A stretch of 64,000 nt of DNA from Minisyncoccota bacterium. Its GTDB lineage: Bacteria; Patescibacteriota; Minisyncoccia; Phycocordibacterales; WO2-35-19. Position numbers and translations under genes: made by a program. The stretch is from NCBI GenBank assembly GCA_036517255.1, contig DATDXE010000006.1:8023-72022 (forward strand), written 5' to 3'. Below, one piece after another: positions 30,226 through 39,092 of this stretch; within the stretch, counting starts at the first letter, position 1; the number at the start of each line of letters is the position of its first letter. The notes below the pieces were generated by a model. That model was not told where the DNA came from, did not search any database, and saw nothing but the letters and a program-made list of their open reading frames with translations.

Positions 30226-31740
30226 GTGATTTCTCATAGAAAGATAAAAAATCCAGTCCTAAGCGGTTTTATAGTTCTGTCCGTATCTATTGTTATAGTG
30301 ATTTTTGCTTCCAGAGTACTTTATACACAAACAGTCGAGTTGCTCACTAATAATTTAAGACAACGCATTTTAACCATATCTATAACAGCAGCGGCAAATA
30401 TTGATTCGAATGACTTAGCGGCTCTTCAAACAGAAACGGATTGGCAAAAACCTGAATGGGCTCGTGTAACTACTAGACTCAATAAAGTAAAATACAGCAA
30501 TGAGGATATTGTTTTCATGTATATTTTTAGAAAGAAAGCTAATGATCCAAATGCAATGCAATTCGTAGCTGATGCTGATTCTATTGACCCTTACGCCAAT
30601 GATAGTGCCGACTCCACACGCTTTGTTGATGTAAATCGGGATGGACTTATAGAGCCAGATGGTCCAGACAAGCTTCAGTGGCCTGGACAAGATTATCCCG
30701 AAGCAGTTGATATTTCCGAAGCTTTCGAAGCTTACGATAGTCCACTGACAAGCCGAGAACTCTACACTGATGCTTACGGAACTGTACTTACAGGCTATGC
30801 TCCGATTAAAGATGATTCTGGTAATACTGTGGCCGTACTGGCTACAGATATTAAAGCCGATGACTTTTTTACGATTACACGTCAGACACTTCAACCCTTT
30901 CTTATTTTTATCGTATTTCTTACCGCTGTCATCTTTATTCTCGAGATTATTATCATCTACTCTTGGAAGAAGTACGCAGGTTCTCTAGAAGAACTCAATA
31001 CTCAAATTGAAGTGGCGAATGAAAAGTTGAAGGAGTTGGATCAACTGAAGTCGGAGTTTTTGTCGCTGGCTACACATCAAATCAGGAGTCCACTTACTGC
31101 TATTAAAGGTTATGCTTCACTTATGCTGGAGGGCGATTATGGTGCGCTTTCTCCGCGTGTGAAGGAGCCGGTGGATGTAATCATGAAGTCAACTGAAAAT
31201 CTCATTACTATTGTCGGAGAGTTTCTCGATATATCACGCATTGAGCAGGGTAGGATGATATACAACAAAGAAAAGTTTGATATGTGCGCGCTAGTAAAAG
31301 AAACAGCAAAAAATATTCTCCCAAATATCGAGAAGGCTGGTATCAAACTTATAGATAAAATAAAACCTGGTAGTACTTGTATAGCCTATGGTGATAAAAA
31401 TAAAATACAACAGATTATCGGAAACCTGCTCGACAATTCCATAAAGTACACACCTAAGGATGAGAAAGATGCATTTATAGAAATTTCGATCGATGAGGTG
31501 GATGACAAAGTCAGAGTGTGCGTACGAGATGGAGGTATAGGTATTGATCCTGCCGAGGTCGGAAAATTGTTTAATAAATTCGTCCGTACCAAAGATGCTC
31601 ACAAAACCAATGTCACCGGCACTGGCCTCGGGCTTTATATAGCAAAGAAAATGATGGAGGCTCAAGGAGGCACCATTTCTGTTTCTTCCCAGGGCCAAGG
31701 TAAAGGCTCTACATTCTACATCGAACTTCCCAAATCCTGA
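30226..31740 (+). CDS. Sensor histidine kinase with an extracytoplasmic Cache-like sensor domain
   Basis: Two TM segments, a Cache-like block (YAPIKDDSGNTVAVLATDI), an H-box (LATHQIRSPLTAIKGY) and a G2 box (GTGLGLYIAKK). Confidence 0.8.
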   Translation: MISHRKIKNPVLSGFIVLSVSIVIVIFASRVLYTQTVELLTNNLRQRILTISITAAANIDSNDLAALQTETDWQKPEWARVTTRLNKVKYSNEDIVFMYIFRKKANDPNAMQFVADADSIDPYANDSADSTRFVDVNRDGLIEPDGPDKLQWPGQDYPEAVDISEAFEAYDSPLTSRELYTDAYGTVLTGYAPIKDDSGNTVAVLATDIKADDFFTITRQTLQPFLIFIVFLTAVIFILEIIIIYSWKKYAGSLEELNTQIEVANEKLKELDQLKSEFLSLATHQIRSPLTAIKGYASLMLEGDYGALSPRVKEPVDVIMKSTENLITIVGEFLDISRIEQGRMIYNKEKFDMCALVKETAKNILPNIEKAGIKLIDKIKPGSTCIAYGDKNKIQQIIGNLLDNSIKYTPKDEKDAFIEISIDEVDDKVRVCVRDGGIGIDPAEVGKLFNKFVRTKDAHKTNVTGTGLGLYIAKKMMEAQGGTISVSSQGQGKGSTFYIELPKS

Positions 31741-31804
31741 TTTTGTTCCCTCTCCTTCATAAGGAAAGAGTGCGGGGTGAGATCTATTTTGTTATCGTAT
31801 CTTT

Positions 31805-33523
31805 ATGACTCAAGAAGAGACTCTAAACATTTTAAAAACAGGGGCCAATGTTTTTCTTACTGGTGAACCAGGAAGCGGTAAAACGCACACCATAAATGAG
31901 TATGTCACCTACTTGCGAGAACATGATGTAGAGCCGGCTACCACAGCTTCGACTGGAATTGCAGCCACTCATGTTGGTGGTTACACCATACACTCATGGT
32001 CGGGCATCGGTATAAAAAAATATTTAAACGAGTATGAATATGATGCGATCGCAGGCAAAGAATATGTGGCTAAAAAAATCGACAGGGCTAAGGTACTTAT
32101 TATCGACGAAATCTCCATGCTTGACGCTCCGACTTTGGAGGCGGCTGATCAAGTCTGTAGGCTGGTAAAACGCAGTAGTAAGCCCTTTGGGGGCCTACAG
32201 GTGGTACTCGTGGGTGATTTTTTCCAATTACCTCCGGTAAATAGGGATTCTGAGAGGGGTAGCGGCAACGTAAACTTTGCATTCAACTCAAAAACATGGC
32301 AAGAACTAAACCCAATTATTTGTTACTTGACCGAACAGCATAGGCAGGATGATGTTGATTTTCTTTCAGTACTTTCTGCTATACGCAAGAATTCTATTCT
32401 ACAGGAGCACATAGAAATTTTAAGTAATCGACTTGGCCTACATGAGGAGGTGCAATACGAAATTCCAAAACTTTTTTCTCACAATGCCGATGTCGACAGA
32501 ATAAATCAAAAGCACCTTGATATGATCGACAGGGAAGATTCGAAAACATTCGAAATGTCTTCCCAAGGAAAAGATTCTTTAGTAGAAGCTTTGAAAAGAG
32601 GCTGCCTTTCTCCTGAAAAACTAGAATTGAAGGTGGGAGCCGTGGTTATGTTTACCAAAAATAATCCTGCTTCAGGCTTTGTAAATGGTACTTTGGGCGA
32701 AATAATCGATTTTGATATGGACTCTGGTTTTCCTATAGTTAAATTGAAAGATGGCGAGAGGATAGAGGTTTTCCCGATGGAGTGGGCAGTCGAAGAAGGG
32801 GGCAAAATAAAAGCAAAAATCATCCAAGTGCCTCTTCGTTTGGCCTGGGCCATCACTATCCATAAAAGCCAAGGTATGTCCCTAGATGCCGCTCTCATTG
32901 ATCTTTCGGGCATCTTTGAATACGGCCAAGGCTACGTAGCCCTTTCTAGAGTTAAGAAGCTTTCAGGACTCTACCTTTTGGGAGAAGAAATTGAGATGGG
33001 CCAAAAAGCTTTTCAGGTGCACCCTGAAATTTTGAGGAAGGATGTGGAATTAAAATCTCTTTCGGAAGAAGCAGGGAAAGTTTTTGGAAATATCTCTGAG
33101 TCAGAGTTATTGAAAATGCAATCGAACTTTGTCCTGGCTTGCGGCGGAAGCCTCAAAGTTAACAAAGAAAACACTTCCAAAAAAAAGAAAAAACAAAAGG
33201 CAATAAATAATGGCCTCACTACGCTGGAGGAAACATTTAATTTGATAAAGGAGGATAAAAGGGCAGAGGAGGTGGCTTCCATCCGAGGACTCACCAGACA
33301 AACCATAATTTCTCATATATGCCAACTTTTTGAAAAAGGAAATATAGAAAATGATCTTCTTTATCGGGAACTTTCTCCCGAAGCCACCGAATCCTTCGAC
33401 CTTATCACCTCCACTCTTCGCGATCTCGGCTCCGACAAACTCACTCCCGTCTTCCACAAGCTCTCTGGTCGCTATTCCTTCGATGACCTAAAAATAATAA
33501 GAACCCTCTCCTCTCTATACTAA
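31805..33523 (+). CDS. Pif1-family 5'-3' DNA helicase with a C-terminal HTH domain
   Basis: Walker A GEPGSGKT, DEISM, the Pif1 signature FGGLQVVLVGDFFQLPPV and AITIHKSQG. Confidence 0.7.
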   Translation: MTQEETLNILKTGANVFLTGEPGSGKTHTINEYVTYLREHDVEPATTASTGIAATHVGGYTIHSWSGIGIKKYLNEYEYDAIAGKEYVAKKIDRAKVLIIDEISMLDAPTLEAADQVCRLVKRSSKPFGGLQVVLVGDFFQLPPVNRDSERGSGNVNFAFNSKTWQELNPIICYLTEQHRQDDVDFLSVLSAIRKNSILQEHIEILSNRLGLHEEVQYEIPKLFSHNADVDRINQKHLDMIDREDSKTFEMSSQGKDSLVEALKRGCLSPEKLELKVGAVVMFTKNNPASGFVNGTLGEIIDFDMDSGFPIVKLKDGERIEVFPMEWAVEEGGKIKAKIIQVPLRLAWAITIHKSQGMSLDAALIDLSGIFEYGQGYVALSRVKKLSGLYLLGEEIEMGQKAFQVHPEILRKDVELKSLSEEAGKVFGNISESELLKMQSNFVLACGGSLKVNKENTSKKKKKQKAINNGLTTLEETFNLIKEDKRAEEVASIRGLTRQTIISHICQLFEKGNIENDLLYRELSPEATESFDLITSTLRDLGSDKLTPVFHKLSGRYSFDDLKIIRTLSSLY

Positions 33524-33550
33524 ACATCAATTCACATCTTACCCCTATTG

Positions 33551-33569
33551 AACTGTTCGTACGAAGAGT
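33551..33569. promoter_or_regulatory. Operator-like palindrome (site A) overlapping the arsR-like promoter
   Basis: AACTGTTCGTACGAAGAGT sits between a TTGAAC -35-like hexamer and a TATAAT box at 33569-33574, 6 nt from the ATG. Confidence 0.5.
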
Positions 33570-33580
33570 ATAATAGAAAG

Positions 33581-33847
33581 ATGGATGAGATTCAATTAGA
33601 AAAAGTATTAAAAGCACTTGCTAGTAAGAGGAGGCTTTTGATTATAAAAATTTTGAAAAAGAAGAAAAGGAGTTCAGTTGGAAAATTATCTTCAGATATC
33701 AAGCTTTCTTTTCGTACTACGTCTAAACATTTGAGCGTTCTCTATTCGGTGGGGATACTAGATAAAGAGCAGGTTGGATATGAAATGCATTATTATATTG
33801 CTAAAGATTTACCAAAAATTGTTTCCTTTGTCCTAAATTTACTCTAA
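33581..33847 (+). CDS. ArsR/SmtB-family winged-helix transcriptional repressor, probably leaderless
   Basis: Core LKALASKRRLLIIKIL...SVGKLSSDIKLSFRTTSKHLSVLYSVGIL. The track's TTG start at 33548 lies inside the operator. Confidence 0.7.
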   Translation: MDEIQLEKVLKALASKRRLLIIKILKKKKRSSVGKLSSDIKLSFRTTSKHLSVLYSVGILDKEQVGYEMHYYIAKDLPKIVSFVLNLL

Positions 33848-33859
33848 GTCCTACATTAT

Positions 33860-33877
33860 ACTGTTCGTACGAACAGT
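33860..33877. repeat. Perfect 18-bp palindrome ACTGTTCGTACGAACAGT (site B), a second copy of the arsR operator
   Basis: Its reverse complement is identical. Lies 31 bp upstream of the -35 element of the following promoter. Confidence 0.6.
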
Positions 33878-33908
33878 TCCGTAGATTGAGATGTTCACAT
33901 TAAAAAAT

Positions 33909-33937
33909 TTGACAAAAATTTGGGTGGAGAGTATATT
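33909..33937 (+). promoter_or_regulatory. Near-consensus sigma70-type promoter
   Basis: TTGACA, a 17-nt spacer, then TATATT. Confidence 0.6.
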
Positions 33938-33943
33938 AGGGGC

Positions 33944-34088
33944 ACACATGAATTTTTGTATCACAAAGCGTTATTGGCTAAATCACTTCAGAAAAAATAA
34001 TCTGGGGAGTCGCTTTGTGCATTTGAATAATTCTTAACTACTTTAAATCATTCGAAGATACACAGGAACCCTCCAGAAATGAAGGGTT
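33944..34088 (+). ncRNA. Candidate small RNA or mini-protein transcript of about 145 nt, bounded by the promoter and a terminator
   Basis: Internal long-range complement CACAAAGCG / CGCTTTGTG and an embedded 29-codon ORF at 33948-34037. Confidence 0.3.
34056..34088 (+). terminator. Rho-independent terminator
   Basis: GGAACCCT / AGGGTTCC stem followed by TGTTTTT. Confidence 0.65.
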
Positions 34089-34108
34089 CCTGTTTTTAGG
34101 AGGCAGTC

Positions 34109-34285
34109 ATGACACCAGAAACTGCTCCGGACGTTCGTCCGGATGGAGAAAGAATTCCCATCAATTCAATCAGCGTTGATGGGGTCGACGTGGAGCGTTC
34201 CGGTTCGGAGTGGCCCACAGTCTCAAAAGATTCGGGAACTGGAGAAGTTTTAATTTCTGGTCCCGATCATCATGGGCTCATATAG
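34109..34285 (+). CDS. GC-rich 58-aa ORF with a strong RBS; may instead be a gene remnant
   Basis: AGGAGG 5 nt upstream of the ATG. Translates to MTPETAPDVRPDGERIP...GPDHHGLI. Confidence 0.2.
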   Translation: MTPETAPDVRPDGERIPINSISVDGVDVERSGSEWPTVSKDSGTGEVLISGPDHHGLI

Positions 34286-34399
34286 CCCAAGAAAGGAGGC
34301 TACTACCTTGAATCACGAATACAAGAAGTGGTAGTACCCATGGGCGCTGCGAAAGCGGCGCCCAAACTTACATTTGAAATTATTAGTTAATCAAATCAA

Positions 34400-35608
34400 A
34401 TGACAAAAGAATTCAAGAAATTGTTGAAAGAATTTGTCGCCATACCAAGTGTGTCGACGGATCCAATCTACAAAGATTCAATAAAAAAGGCCTCAAAGTG
34501 GCTTGCTTCATATTGTTCAAAATCTGGAATGAAAGCCAAAATAATTACTGGTTATGATAACCCTATAATTATAGCCAAAACTCCATATAAGGTTGGTAAA
34601 GAAACTGTTCTTATATATGGCCACTATGATGTGCAACCAGCACAAAAAGAAGATGGATGGAAGACTGATCCTTTTATTCTAACGGAAAAACAAGGAAGGT
34701 TGTATGGTAGAGGCGCTACAGATAATAAAGGGCAAATACTTACTCACCTGTATTCAATAGCTGGTCTGATAAAAGAAAATAGATTGAGTTACAATGTCAC
34801 CTTCTTCATAGAAGGAAATGAGGAAACTGGATCTCCTAATCTCTCAAAATTTATACGGAAATATAAAAAAGAACTTGAGTGTGATTGTGTCATGATTTCT
34901 GATGGTGCTTTGGCGCCAGAGAATTTACCTGCTCTTGAATGTAGTTTTAGAGGAGTTGCCAATATGGAGGTAATTTTGGAAACGGCTCTTGATGACGTTC
35001 ATTCAGGTCTTTTTGGTGGAGTCACTCCCAATGCAGCCGAAGAGTTAGCTAAAATTGTTGGTAGCTTAACTGATCTTGTAGGAAAAAAGAATGGGTTCAA
35101 AGTCAAAACAACAAGATACGATAAACGGGTAGGTCTTGATAGAACTGTGGAAGTAACTGGCTTTTCTTCAGGTTACACTGGTACTGGATTTAGAAATAGT
35201 ATTCCATGTAAAGCTGTTGCAAAGCTGAATCTACGGTCCAAGCCTAACGAGGATCCAAATGATTTTGTGAAAGAAGTTAAAAAATACATTCTTAAGCAAA
35301 CTCCAAGATATGCTCGGGTGCGGTTTAAGGTTGGAGAATCGGCTTCGGGTATAATGTTAAATCTTAGTGATAAATTTAATCAAAAAACCAGAAAAATCTT
35401 AGAATCTGTATACAAGCAAAAGGTGGTAAATGTAAACTGTGGCGCTATTCTGCCTATTGTTCGTGATTTTGACACTCTACTTAAAGTGCCTCAAGTGATG
35501 GTGCCTCTAGCTAACGAAGATTGCGGTATGCACTCTGCTTCTGAAAATATTTCAATCGAGGCACTCAAAAAAGGACTCGAATTTAGCCAGAAGTTTTTTA
35601 GTGTGTAG
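34400..35608 (+). CDS. M20-family metallopeptidase (dipeptidase/deacylase-like)
   Basis: LIYGHYDVQP, GRGATDNKG and a dimerisation domain. Confidence 0.75.
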   Translation: MTKEFKKLLKEFVAIPSVSTDPIYKDSIKKASKWLASYCSKSGMKAKIITGYDNPIIIAKTPYKVGKETVLIYGHYDVQPAQKEDGWKTDPFILTEKQGRLYGRGATDNKGQILTHLYSIAGLIKENRLSYNVTFFIEGNEETGSPNLSKFIRKYKKELECDCVMISDGALAPENLPALECSFRGVANMEVILETALDDVHSGLFGGVTPNAAEELAKIVGSLTDLVGKKNGFKVKTTRYDKRVGLDRTVEVTGFSSGYTGTGFRNSIPCKAVAKLNLRSKPNEDPNDFVKEVKKYILKQTPRYARVRFKVGESASGIMLNLSDKFNQKTRKILESVYKQKVVNVNCGAILPIVRDFDTLLKVPQVMVPLANEDCGMHSASENISIEALKKGLEFSQKFFSV

Positions 35609-35660
35609 AAGATGACCATCTACACAGTGCAAAGAAGTAATTATTTGGTAATATAAATCT

Positions 35661-36617
35661 ATGAAGACTATACTTTCAGGTATACAACCTAGTGGTAAGC
35701 CACATATTGGAAATTATTTTGGCATGATGAAGCAGATGATCGATATGCAAAAGGACGGTCTGGTTTATGCTGTCATCGTCGATTATCATGCTCTCAATTC
35801 TGTTCAAGATGCAGAAAAGATGCGAGAGTTTACTAAAGATGTAGTGATCGATTATCTTGCTCTTGGTTTTGATCCAAAAAAACATGTCTTGTTTAAACAA
35901 TCTGATGTTTCTGCACATACAGAACTTGCTTGGATTTTTGATACCATAACCACTCTTCCTTATCTTAAGCGTGCTCATGCCTACAAAGATGCCATTGCTA
36001 AAGGTGGAGAAGATGAAATAAGTATAGGTAGATTCAGTTACCCGATGCTCATGGCGGCGGATATTTTACTTTACGATCCTGATTTGATTCCAGTAGGTAA
36101 AGACCAAAAACAGCATGTCGAATTTGCTCGAGATACTGCGGAAAAATTTAATAGAATTTTCTGTAAAGAAAGTAGCCCGCTATTCAAATTGCCTGAAGCT
36201 CATATTATAGAAAGTGTTGAAACTGTGCCTGGCACCGATGGTAGAAAAATGAGTAAGAGTTATGGAAATTATATTCCACTTTTCGCCGAGGATGATGAGG
36301 TCGAGGATAAAGTAATGTCTATTGTGACTGATTCAAATGCTGAATATCCTGAAAATGTATTCAAAATCCATCAACTTTTCAGAACTAATGAACAGCTTGA
36401 TAAAATTTATACGGAAAATAAAGGTAAGTATAAAATTTTAAAAGAAATGCTAGCCGCTGACATCAAATCGTTTATCAAGCCTCTCCGCGAAAAACGCAAA
36501 GAAATAGCTTCCGACATTGATCGCGTAAAAAAAGTTCTTGAAGAAGGAAAACAGAAAGCCTCCGCTGTCGCGGAGGCCAAGATGGCTGAAGTGAAACGAG
36601 CGATCGGGGTCACTTAG
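35661..36617 (+). CDS. trpS: Tryptophanyl-tRNA synthetase
   Basis: Class I aaRS with GIQPSGKPHIGNY (HIGH) and KMSKS. Confidence 0.9.
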   Translation: MKTILSGIQPSGKPHIGNYFGMMKQMIDMQKDGLVYAVIVDYHALNSVQDAEKMREFTKDVVIDYLALGFDPKKHVLFKQSDVSAHTELAWIFDTITTLPYLKRAHAYKDAIAKGGEDEISIGRFSYPMLMAADILLYDPDLIPVGKDQKQHVEFARDTAEKFNRIFCKESSPLFKLPEAHIIESVETVPGTDGRKMSKSYGNYIPLFAEDDEVEDKVMSIVTDSNAEYPENVFKIHQLFRTNEQLDKIYTENKGKYKILKEMLAADIKSFIKPLREKRKEIASDIDRVKKVLEEGKQKASAVAEAKMAEVKRAIGVT

Positions 36618-36828
36618 GCTGGCCTTCTTTTTTGTACCAGAACAGTATCAAAAAAAAGAGAGACCAAAATGATGCCCACAAGGTGAAGAAGTTCCAGTAA
36701 ACTACTGGCCCTATTACTTCGAGGGCTAAACTTTGACCGAACATAACCACGAGAATGCATATAAACAAGTGCAACATTTGAGGTCTCCCACAAATATGGT
36801 ACTATCTTTTTTGAGTAATTCAACATCA

Positions 36829-38136
36829 ATGCAAAGAACTTATATAAAAGATTTGGGAAGTAAGATAGGAAGTGAGACACTGATTTGTGGCTGGGTTTCA
36901 GTGCGTCGCGATCAGGGTAAAATGGTATTTTTTGATATTAGGGATGGTTCTGGTTCAGTGCAATGCATCGTTTTGCCTGATAGCCAGGCTATTTTGGTTG
37001 CAAAAGAAATTAGTACTGAAAGCGCTGTCTCTATAGAAGGTATCGTCAACAAAAGGCCTGAAAAGAATATTCAGGCAGAAAAAGCTAATGGTGATTTAGA
37101 GTTGCAGATTGTGAAAATAGAAGTTTTAAACATGGCTCAAACATTACCATTTGAACTTGAAAGTGAGCTTAACTTGGACACCCTTCTGGATCATAGACCT
37201 CTTACGTTACGTAATGAACGCAGCCGAAATATTTTCCGGCTTCAAGCTACTATTGCCGAAGCTTATCGAAACTCATTACAGAAACAAGGATTCGTGGAAT
37301 TCCAAGCTCCAGCCATAGTGGGGGGCGATGCTGAAGGGGGAGCCGCAGCGTTTAAGGTCAATTATTATTACGATCAAACTGCCTACCTCGCTACCAGTCC
37401 TCAGTTCTACAAAGAGATTATGGTCAACGCTTTTGAAAGATCGTTTACTTTTGCAAAAATATTTAGGGCAGAAAAGCATGCTACTCCAAGGCATTTGAGC
37501 GAACTAACTCAGATGGACTTCGAAATGGGTTTTATCAAAGATCATCGCGATGTGATGAAAATTTTACATGACGTTATCGTTGATGTTGTGAAAGAGGTGG
37601 CAGAAAGACATGCCGATATCTTAAAATATTTCAGTGCGGAAATACCACAAGCCCCAGAAGAATTTCCTACTTTCACCTTGGCTGAAGCACAAGAAATAAT
37701 TTCGAAAGAATTTAATCGGACGATAGAAGATACAAGTGATATGTCTCCAGAAGATGAGAGGCAGATTTGTGAGTGGGCTAAAAAGAAATACGGTTCAGAC
37801 TTTGTATTTATTACTGATTATCCAGTAGAAAAAAGAGCATTTTATACTTATCAAAACAGAAGCTTCGACTTGATTTTTAGAGGTTTAGAAATAAATAGTG
37901 GTAGCCAGCGTATTCACGATTACAATGAAATGATAGAAAAGATGAAATCCAGAGGACTCGATCCAGAAAAATTTTCTTACTACTTGCAGGCTCATAAATA
38001 TGGCTTCCCGCCACACGGAGGTTCTTCCACTGGCCTCGAAAGAATCACGATGAAAATGCTTAACTTAGAAAATATCAGAGAAGCTACAGCTTTCCCTCGC
38101 GATATGAATCGGATTGATACTAGACTTTCAGAATAA
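36829..38136 (+). CDS. aspS: Aspartyl-tRNA synthetase, short archaeal/type-2 form
   Basis: An OB-fold N-domain begins at the internal Met (MQRTYIKDLG...ICGWV). FRAEKHATPRHLSE motif 2 and a GGSSTGLER motif 3 region. Confidence 0.85.
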   Translation: MQRTYIKDLGSKIGSETLICGWVSVRRDQGKMVFFDIRDGSGSVQCIVLPDSQAILVAKEISTESAVSIEGIVNKRPEKNIQAEKANGDLELQIVKIEVLNMAQTLPFELESELNLDTLLDHRPLTLRNERSRNIFRLQATIAEAYRNSLQKQGFVEFQAPAIVGGDAEGGAAAFKVNYYYDQTAYLATSPQFYKEIMVNAFERSFTFAKIFRAEKHATPRHLSELTQMDFEMGFIKDHRDVMKILHDVIVDVVKEVAERHADILKYFSAEIPQAPEEFPTFTLAEAQEIISKEFNRTIEDTSDMSPEDERQICEWAKKKYGSDFVFITDYPVEKRAFYTYQNRSFDLIFRGLEINSGSQRIHDYNEMIEKMKSRGLDPEKFSYYLQAHKYGFPPHGGSSTGLERITMKMLNLENIREATAFPRDMNRIDTRLSE

Positions 38137-38153
38137 ATTCTATACAAGCTAAA

Positions 38154-38289
38154 GGGCGGTGAGGGGACGAATCCCCGACACCGCCCAACCCTCCGCCACC
38201 CCGCTGGGGGGTGACACCGTCGAAACTGCGAATTGATGTAAGTTCTCTTCTTCAACCTGAGCCTCTGCTCTCTACCGGGAGCAGTTTCC
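38154..38289 (+). repeat. GC-rich intergenic element made of three consecutive stem-loops
   Basis: Hairpin 1 at 38154-38186, with a nested GGGGA-CGAA-TCCCC stem. Hairpin 2 at 38197-38213. Hairpin 3 at 38265-38284, followed by TTT. Confidence 0.45.
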
Positions 38290-38334
38290 TAGATCATTAT
38301 AGCATAGTTAGCAAAAAGCTTGTAAAATAAAACT

Positions 38335-39060
38335 GTGGAGACTGAATTTAAGATAAAATCGGGTGAATTTGAAGGGCCTCTTGAGCTACTCTTAGACCTT
38401 ATAGAAAAAAGGAAATTTCATATAAATGACTTATCTTTATCGCAAGTTGCCGATGAGTTTATAGAGCATACAAAATCATATGAAAATTTTCCTCTTGCTG
38501 ATTCAGCTGATTTTATACTGATTGCCTCGACCCTTCTTCTCATTAAATCAAAATCACTCTTACCCACCCTTGAACTGACCCAAGAGGAGAAGGGTAATAT
38601 CGAAGATTTGGAGAGAAGGCTTGTGCTAAATAAAAGATTTAAAGAATTATCTATTCACATAAGTAAACTTTTTGGAGAGGAGCCACTTTATTTTGCGAAT
38701 GAAAGTAGGTTAATTTATAAAGTTTTTCATCCGACTCAAGAAGTTACATCAAATAACCTGCTACTTTCGATTCGTAGTGTGCTTTCAAATATCCCGAAAG
38801 TAGAATTTATCCCGAAAGTGATAGTGCAGAAAATAATCAGCCTGGAAGAGACCATAGCTAGCCTTACTGACAGGATACAAAAAAGCATCAGAATGAGTTT
38901 TAAAAGCTTCGCTGGCAAGGAAGATAAAGTGACAATGATCGTAAGCTTCCTCGCTATGCTTGAACTTGTAAAACAAGGGGTAGTCCGGGTCAATCAACAA
39001 GCCCACTTCGCTGACATCGAAATCGAGTCGGAATCCATCGGGGTTCCTACATACCATTAG
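38335..39060 (+). CDS. scpA: Segregation and condensation protein A
   Basis: EGPLELLLDLIEKRKFHINDLSLSQVADEF. Confidence 0.8.
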   Translation: METEFKIKSGEFEGPLELLLDLIEKRKFHINDLSLSQVADEFIEHTKSYENFPLADSADFILIASTLLLIKSKSLLPTLELTQEEKGNIEDLERRLVLNKRFKELSIHISKLFGEEPLYFANESRLIYKVFHPTQEVTSNNLLLSIRSVLSNIPKVEFIPKVIVQKIISLEETIASLTDRIQKSIRMSFKSFAGKEDKVTMIVSFLAMLELVKQGVVRVNQQAHFADIEIESESIGVPTYH

Positions 39061-39092
39061 GAAATTTACGATTTTTAATTTAGAATTCTGAA

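Noticed and set aside
34100-34399. tmRNA, RNase P RNA or SRP RNA in the GC-rich non-coding stretch
   Set aside because: No tag-peptide ORF ending in ALAA with a tRNA-like 3' end, no GGAAAGUCCGG/AGGGUGAAA P4 blocks, and no SRP domain-IV motif were seen.
36614-36880. 88-aa minus-strand ORF between trpS and aspS
   Set aside because: It overlaps the trpS 3' end and the aspS promoter/5' region. It has no RBS, and the true aspS start is better explained by the internal Met at 36829.
38154-38186. Possible tRNA T-arm (GACGAATCC) in the aspS-scpA intergenic hairpin
   Set aside because: The loop is only 4 nt and there are no acceptor, D or anticodon arms, so this is not a tRNA.
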